From Candidatus Dormiibacterota bacterium (lineage in GTDB: Bacteria > Chloroflexota > Dormibacteria > Aeolococcales > Aeolococcaceae): a DNA stretch of 59,873 bases. The position numbers were made by a program, and so were the translations under genes. The stretch is from positions 4,825 through 64,697 of the forward strand of contig DAIUFS010000005.1 in assembly GCA_036844485.1 (NCBI GenBank), given 5' to 3'. The number at the start of each line of letters is the position of its first letter. The first letter of the stretch is position 1. This document shows, piece by piece, positions 57,763-59,873 of the stretch. The notes under the pieces are model-generated. The model made no database searches and was not told the origin of the DNA. It saw only the letters and a program-made list of their open reading frames with translations.

Positions 57763-58802
57763 GTGCTCGGGAAATACTTGTGCACGAGCGGGAGGATCAG
57801 ATCCCAATTGGGACTCAGGACGTCCTGAGAACCGATCGTCTGCGTCTGGGTATACGGCGGAAGGAGCACCACCTGCTGCACGTTGCTCAGCGAGACGTTG
57901 CCGGCGATGGGCAGGAGCTCGCCCACCTGGGTCACCGACATGTCGGTGCTGAACTGGTTGCTCATGGCGCTGGCGATGTCGGGGATATCGGCGATGCCGA
58001 GCAGCTTGGCCTTGGCGCGGAGGGCGAGAAGCACCTGTTGCTGGCGCACCGAGCGACCGAAGTCGCTACGCAGGTCGTCGTGACGTGACCGCACATACTG
58101 AAGAGCCTCCGTCCCCGTCATGTGCTGCGGCCCGGGAAGCACAGCCACCCGCTCGATGTCGTAGGGACTGTTGCCGCCGAGGTCCTTGGGATAGAAGTCG
58201 TCGAGCACAGGGTTGCTGGCCACCACATCCACCCCGCCCACCTGGTCGATGAGATGGATGAGGCCGAGAAGACCGATCCAGGCGTAGTGGTCGACATGAA
58301 CGTTGAAGTCCTTCTCCACCGTGGCAATGGAGGCGTCGACGCCACCGTTCAGGTAGGCCTTGTCGATCTTGTCGGTTCCCCCCGTCGACAGCGGGACGTA
58401 GAGATCGCGTGGGATCGAGAGCATGGTCACGTGTTTGGTCGAGGGATCGACGCGGGCCAGGATCATCGACTGCGTCAGCACCTGATTGCTCTGAAACTTG
58501 GCGTCGTTGTCCGAGCCGAGGAGGAGGACCGTGAAGGCGCCGGGGGCGCCGGCGATCGGTGCCGGTGACGCGGTGGCGGCAGGACCGGACGCGGACGGGC
58601 TGGCGCCGGCCGCTGTGGCGTGATGGATGCTGTGGCCGAAGTCCTGGAACGCCGCGGCGATCGCGGGCGAGAAATACAGGGCCGCGCCGGCCCCGCCGCT
58701 GACCGCGAACCCCACCACGATTCCGATGACCGGGAGGATGCCGCGCGGCGGTCTTGACCCGCGCCTGCGCCGGGGGCGCGACGGCACCTCGGGAACGCTC
58801 AC
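57759..58802 (-). CDS. LCP family protein
   Basis: TM anchor; 'LLLGSD', 'SIPRDLYV', 'KIDKAY', 'ALQYVRSRH', 'SDFGRSVRQQ'. Confidence 0.93.
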   Translation of the reverse strand: MSVPEVPSRPRRRRGSRPPRGILPVIGIVVGFAVSGGAGAALYFSPAIAAAFQDFGHSIHHATAAGASPSASGPAATASPAPIAGAPGAFTVLLLGSDNDAKFQSNQVLTQSMILARVDPSTKHVTMLSIPRDLYVPLSTGGTDKIDKAYLNGGVDASIATVEKDFNVHVDHYAWIGLLGLIHLIDQVGGVDVVASNPVLDDFYPKDLGGNSPYDIERVAVLPGPQHMTGTEALQYVRSRHDDLRSDFGRSVRQQQVLLALRAKAKLLGIADIPDIASAMSNQFSTDMSVTQVGELLPIAGNVSLSNVQQVVLLPPYTQTQTIGSQDVLSPNWDLILPLVHKYFPST

Positions 58803-58882
58803 TGGGCGATGGTACGGAAATGCCGAAGCCGACTGGTTCCCCGATCGGCAGCGACGGACTACGCGACTACACTCGGCGGCCG

Positions 58883-59824
58883 ATGGACATCGTCAACCGC
58901 CTGCTCGAGGGCGACGTGCGCGCCCTCGCCCGAGCCATACGGCTCATCGAGGACCGTGATCCGGCCGGCGAGGATGTTCTTCGCCAGGTCCGCGGCCGTG
59001 CCGGGGCGGCTCACGTGGTCGGTCTCACGGGTGCCCCCGGAAGCGGCAAGAGCACCGTCTGCGACCAGCTCATCGAGCGCTGGCGCAGCGCCGGTCATCG
59101 CGTCGGGGTCATCGCCGTCGACCCCTCGAGCCCGTTCAGCGGGGGCGCCATCCTCGGTGACCGGGTGCGCATGCAGCGTCACACCGGAGACGACGGCGTG
59201 TACATCCGCAGCATGGCCGCACGGGGACACCTCGGCGGCCTGGCCAGCGCAGCCCGCGAGGCCATCCGTCTCATCGACGCCAGCGGCCGCGATCGGTGCC
59301 TCATCGAGACAGTCGGCGTGGGCCAGAGCGAGCTGGAGGTGATGCAGACAGTCGACACGACGGTGGTGGTGACCACACCTGTGTCGGGCGACAGCGTCCA
59401 GATCCTCAAGGCGGGCATCCTCGAGATCGCCGACATCTTCGTGGTCAACAAGGCCGACCTGCCCGGTGCCGCCAAGGTCGCCCGCGACCTGCGCGACCTG
59501 GTGCGCCAGACCAAGGGGACGAGCCACTGGAAGCCACCTGTGATCCAGACCACGGGGACCACCGGCGCCGGCGTTGGCGAGCTGCTCGACGCGGTGGAGC
59601 GGCACCACGACGTGATCGCAGGCGATGGTGAGCTGGAGCGGCGACGGCGCGACCGGCTCGCGGCGGAGGTCGAGTCGATAGTCGTCGAGCGCGCCGCCGA
59701 ACGTGCGCGGCGTGAGCTCGAAGAGGGCACAATGGCTACGGAGCTGAGCGGCGATCTCCGTGGTGTCGACCCCTACGCCATCGCCGACCGCATCCTCAAC
59801 GCCCACGCCAGCGAGACCCACTGA
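58883..59824 (+). CDS. meaB: Methylmalonyl-CoA mutase-associated GTPase
   Basis: 'GAPGSGKST', 'VDPSSPFSGGAILGDRVRM', 'IETVGVGQSE', 'NKAD'. Confidence 0.96.
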   Translation: MDIVNRLLEGDVRALARAIRLIEDRDPAGEDVLRQVRGRAGAAHVVGLTGAPGSGKSTVCDQLIERWRSAGHRVGVIAVDPSSPFSGGAILGDRVRMQRHTGDDGVYIRSMAARGHLGGLASAAREAIRLIDASGRDRCLIETVGVGQSELEVMQTVDTTVVVTTPVSGDSVQILKAGILEIADIFVVNKADLPGAAKVARDLRDLVRQTKGTSHWKPPVIQTTGTTGAGVGELLDAVERHHDVIAGDGELERRRRDRLAAEVESIVVERAAERARRELEEGTMATELSGDLRGVDPYAIADRILNAHASETH

Positions 59825-59873
59825 TGGCCCAGACGACCCAGCCCCGGCGGTTGGCACCGGCGGTGCCCGAGGA
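59824..59873 (+). CDS. Partial CDS (5' end only) translationally coupled to meaB
   Basis: TGATG overlap; open to the window edge; too short to identify. Confidence 0.5.
   Translation, partial: MAQTTQPRRLAPAVPE

Overview
A ~60 kb chromosomal segment from a high-GC bacterium. The gene mix (PdxS/T, tmk-darA synteny, ycf45/R3H ATPase, SCP2-FadF, many leaderless-type promoters) fits a soil Terrabacteria lineage such as Ca. Dormibacterota or Actinomycetota, but the sequence alone does not settle the taxon. It has five parts. (1) 0.3-7.8 kb: a tightly coupled Tad-like operon (CpaB/SAF, degenerate CpaE, CpaF ATPase, TadB, TadC) with no recognisable Flp pilin or prepilin peptidase, extended by a second MinD-type ATPase and three hypothetical proteins. 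(2) 8.9-19.5 kb: an accessory envelope/glycan block beside the 3' end of tRNA-Pro(CGG). It holds methyltransferases, a GT4, an epimerase, a bactofilin and a CHAP + Ig + 12x48-aa propeller protein; the GT4 and a methyltransferase share a 62%-identical N-terminal module. (3) 19.8-30 kb: lipid/glycan genes, pdxST (pdxT lacks a canonical start codon), a GNAT-like gene, an R3H ATPase, tmk and darA. (4) 30.5-53.9 kb: acyl-CoA/propionyl-CoA metabolism (ECH, FadF, SCP2, mce, methylmalonyl-CoA mutase, carboxyltransferase, sucCD, thiolase, 3 ACADs), interleaved with GT-C glycosyltransferases and an internally deleted adenylate cyclase. (5) 54-59.9 kb: two LCP proteins, a PPi-type PFK, a TolB-like protein and meaB. 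No CRISPR array, rRNA, integrase or transposase was seen. All calls come from motif reading by eye; no database searches were run.
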